In this document: positions 61,587 through 64,000 of the stretch, piece after piece
Layout of the letters: the number at the start of each line of letters is the position of its first letter
Numbering within the stretch: position 1 is the stretch's first letter
Assembly: GCA_050253415.1 (NCBI GenBank)
Contig: JBFWJC010000001.1
Coordinates: forward strand, 384,001-448,000
DNA: 64,000 nucleotides
Direction of reading: 5' to 3'
From: Pedobacter sp.
Lineage (GTDB): Bacteria > Desulfobacterota > Desulfuromonadia > Desulfuromonadales > Syntrophotaleaceae
Position numbers and translations under genes: made by a program
Notes under the pieces: model-generated
Told to the model about the DNA's origin: nothing
The model's input: only the letters and a program-made list of their open reading frames with translations
Databases searched by the model: none

Positions 61587-62625
61587 AAAGCTTTGCAGTT
61601 TCCTCGATGCTGGAGAGGATATGGCCGTCGCGACCATTCTTACCCGGAGCGGTTCGGCGCCACGCACTGCCGGCACCAAGATGATTATCCGTAACAACGG
61701 CGAAATTTTCGGAACCATCGGCGGTGGCTTGGTAGAGGCCCAAGCCCAGAAAACAGCGCAGGAAATCTTCAACACGCGCCAGTCCCGTACGTTTGTTTTC
61801 GATATGACCGGTGCAAATGCCGACACCATGGACATGATCTGTGGTGGTGAAGTTGAGATCCTGTTGGAATACATTCCCGCCATTGAGGAAAATCGTACGG
61901 TATTTGATGCATGGCAGGATGCGCTGCAAACCGGTCGGCAGTGTCTGTTGGTTACCCCTTTGTCTACGGAAAAGCTTAACCAACCGGCGCAGCGATGTCT
62001 TTTGCACGCAGATGCTTCCTGTTTCGGGCCCGTGCCCTTGCCGAGGGATGTTCGGGAGGCGTTGTTGGCTGAGACTCAGTGCAGTCGTTACCCAACTATG
62101 ATGAACCTGGAGGATCGGCTGTTTTTTGTCGAGCCTAGCTATGCACCCGCAACCCTGTTTCTGTTCGGGGCAGGGCATGTTTGTCAGCCGACCGCCGCCT
62201 TGGCCACGATGGTCGGGTTCAACACCGTGGTTCTTGATGACCGCGAGGAATTTGCCAACCAGAAACGATTTCCCAAGGCGAATCAGATCGTGGTGGTTCC
62301 TACCTATGAAGATTGTATGTCACATCTGGACATCGATGATCACAGCTATTTGGTCATCATCAGTCGCGGCCACCGTCATGATCAGACCCTGTTGCGCCAG
62401 GCCGTGCAGACCGGTGCCGGATATATCGGCATGATCGGTAGTCGCGGCAAGCGGGATAAAATCTATCGCAATCTGCTGGACGAGGGAATTCCCCAGGAGA
62501 CTATCGATAAGGTTTATTCACCGATCGGTATGTCCATCAACGCGGAAACTCCCGAGGAAATCGCTGTCAGTATCGTTGGTGAATTGATCAAGGTTCGCGC
62601 CGAACTGCAGAAAACCGATGACTGA
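61570..62625 (+). CDS. XdhC family Mo-enzyme maturation factor
   Basis: GSAPR, GTIGGG, MICGG, FGAGHV, YIGMIGS, ETPEEIAVSI; TTG start after AAGGAG. Confidence 0.9.
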   Translation: MKQLIEKLCSFLDAGEDMAVATILTRSGSAPRTAGTKMIIRNNGEIFGTIGGGLVEAQAQKTAQEIFNTRQSRTFVFDMTGANADTMDMICGGEVEILLEYIPAIEENRTVFDAWQDALQTGRQCLLVTPLSTEKLNQPAQRCLLHADASCFGPVPLPRDVREALLAETQCSRYPTMMNLEDRLFFVEPSYAPATLFLFGAGHVCQPTAALATMVGFNTVVLDDREEFANQKRFPKANQIVVVPTYEDCMSHLDIDDHSYLVIISRGHRHDQTLLRQAVQTGAGYIGMIGSRGKRDKIYRNLLDEGIPQETIDKVYSPIGMSINAETPEEIAVSIVGELIKVRAELQKTDD

Positions 62626-63760
62626 GTCGTTTGCCGCCATCATACTTGCCGCCGGATTTTCTTCGCGCATGGGCGATTTTAAGCCGCTGCTGCATTTTGG
62701 CGAGGAGACTGCGCTGGAAAAATCGGTACAGATGTTCCGCGGAGCAGGTATTGAGCATCTGCAGGTCATCATTGGCCATCAGGCCGAGTATCTCATCCCG
62801 CTACTTGAAAAGCTTGGCGTCGCCTGGAAAGAAAATCCCCGCTATCAGGAAGGCATGTTTACTTCGGTGCAATGTGCTATGCACTCTCTGCCTGAGCAGG
62901 TTAAAGCCTTTTTCCTGATACCGGTGGATATTCCTCTGGTGCGGACTCAGACTCTGGAGACCTTGTGTCAAGCCTGGCATGCTACCGGCCAGGGGATCAT
63001 TCACCCGGTATTCTGGGGCAAACGCGGCCACCCCCCGCTGATTAGTGCGGACTATCGCGATACGATTCTGCAGAGCCATGGGGAAGGTGGCCTGAAGGCG
63101 GTATTGCTGCCGTTTAGCGAGGATATTCTGGAAATCGAGGTACCGGATGAACATTGCGTCCTCGATATGGATACTCCTCAGGATTATGCCTATCTTCAAC
63201 GTCGCTGGGAGCATTATGCGAGCCCGTCCTATCGGGAATGCGAACATATGCTGGCATACCAATTTGCTGTACCCACCCCGGTTGTTGAGCATAGTCGGCA
63301 GGTTGCCCGGGTAGCCATTACTCTGTCTGACGCGTTGGACAGGAGTCGAGTCTGCCTTGACCGGGAACTGTTGCGGGCCGCAGCCTTGCTGCACGATTGC
63401 TGCCGTGATCAAGAAAATCACGCTGCGGCTGGTGCAAAGGCTTTGTACCAACTGGGTTTCGGGCAGGTGGCCACACTGGTTGAGACGCACATGGATATTG
63501 TCCCTTCGCCAGCCAGCGTGCCGTTGCCGCAGGAGGTGTTGTATCTGGCCGATAAACTGGTTGCTGGCCAGCGGTTGGTTGGCCTGGAAGAACGCTTTGC
63601 TTCGGCATTGGGACGCTTTGCCGGACAACCGCCGGTGCTTGCAGCGGTTCAGCGGCGTCTGGCTGCAGCTACCTGTATTCGTAACAAATGCGAGAGGGTG
63701 TTAAAGCAGTCGCTTGACAAAGTGCTGGCGATGGATGTTTTGCGGACTTTGGAAGGATAA
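62618..63760 (+). CDS. MocA-like nucleotidyltransferase fused to an HD domain
   Basis: ILAAGFSSRMG..KPLL, GHPPLI, DMDTPQDY; H...LLHD...ADK. Confidence 0.87.
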   Translation: MTESFAAIILAAGFSSRMGDFKPLLHFGEETALEKSVQMFRGAGIEHLQVIIGHQAEYLIPLLEKLGVAWKENPRYQEGMFTSVQCAMHSLPEQVKAFFLIPVDIPLVRTQTLETLCQAWHATGQGIIHPVFWGKRGHPPLISADYRDTILQSHGEGGLKAVLLPFSEDILEIEVPDEHCVLDMDTPQDYAYLQRRWEHYASPSYRECEHMLAYQFAVPTPVVEHSRQVARVAITLSDALDRSRVCLDRELLRAAALLHDCCRDQENHAAAGAKALYQLGFGQVATLVETHMDIVPSPASVPLPQEVLYLADKLVAGQRLVGLEERFASALGRFAGQPPVLAAVQRRLAAATCIRNKCERVLKQSLDKVLAMDVLRTLEG

Positions 63761-63766
63761 TCCGCC

Positions 63767-64000
63767 ATGCCCACGCCAGTTTTCGACAATGATGGCTGCA
63801 CCCTTTACCTGGTACGGCACGGCGATTCCCGGCAGGATCAGGTGAAACGCTATATCGGCCAGATCGATCTGCCCCTTAATGCTGCCGGCCGGACCCAGAT
63901 AAAAGCACTGCAGAGGGAACTGGCCGGGATTGACTTTGCGCACGTCTACAGCAGTGATTTGCGTCGCTGCCTGGAAACGGCCGAAATTATTGCCCGTCCC
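63767..64000 (+). CDS. Histidine phosphatase family protein (partial; runs off the window)
   Basis: Manual translation MPTPVFDNDGCTLYLVRHGDS...DLPLNAAG...YSSDLRRCLETA; not in the ORF track. Confidence 0.85.
   Translation, partial: MPTPVFDNDGCTLYLVRHGDSRQDQVKRYIGQIDLPLNAAGRTQIKALQRELAGIDFAHVYSSDLRRCLETAEIIARP

Overview
A GC-rich, gene-dense bacterial window whose gene content suggests a Desulfuromonadales deltaproteobacterium (Pelobacter/Syntrophotalea-like; inferred, not proven). Left to right: a truncated archaeal-type SAM synthetase (missed by the ORF track); marC; tamB-tamA; a ThDP enzyme; psiE; two tandem GT4 glycosyltransferases. Next is an unusual minus-strand operon: TonB-dependent receptor, divergent CcsA, short ResB-like protein, two exported proteins fusing sulfite-oxidase-like repeats to a tetrapyrrole methylase domain (one carries a CxxCH motif), and an APC permease. 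Then an EF-G paralog/conserved protein/MBL hydrolase operon, pepA, csp, hisZ-purA, tRNA-Lys and tRNA-Glu, rnhA, and a full nuo operon with a NuoBCD fusion. After an AT-rich region comes a molybdenum aldehyde oxidoreductase cluster with radical SAM, methyltransferase, CoA-ligase, XdhC and nucleotidyltransferase genes. Best leads: (1) the TonB/heme-c/methylase-fusion operon; (2) a duplicated module of a small YezD/DUF2292-like ORF followed by a conserved antiterminator/terminator RNA, one copy directly upstream of the Mo cluster; (3) two closely similar ModE-like boxes 26.6 kb apart that may link the TonB operon and the Mo region.
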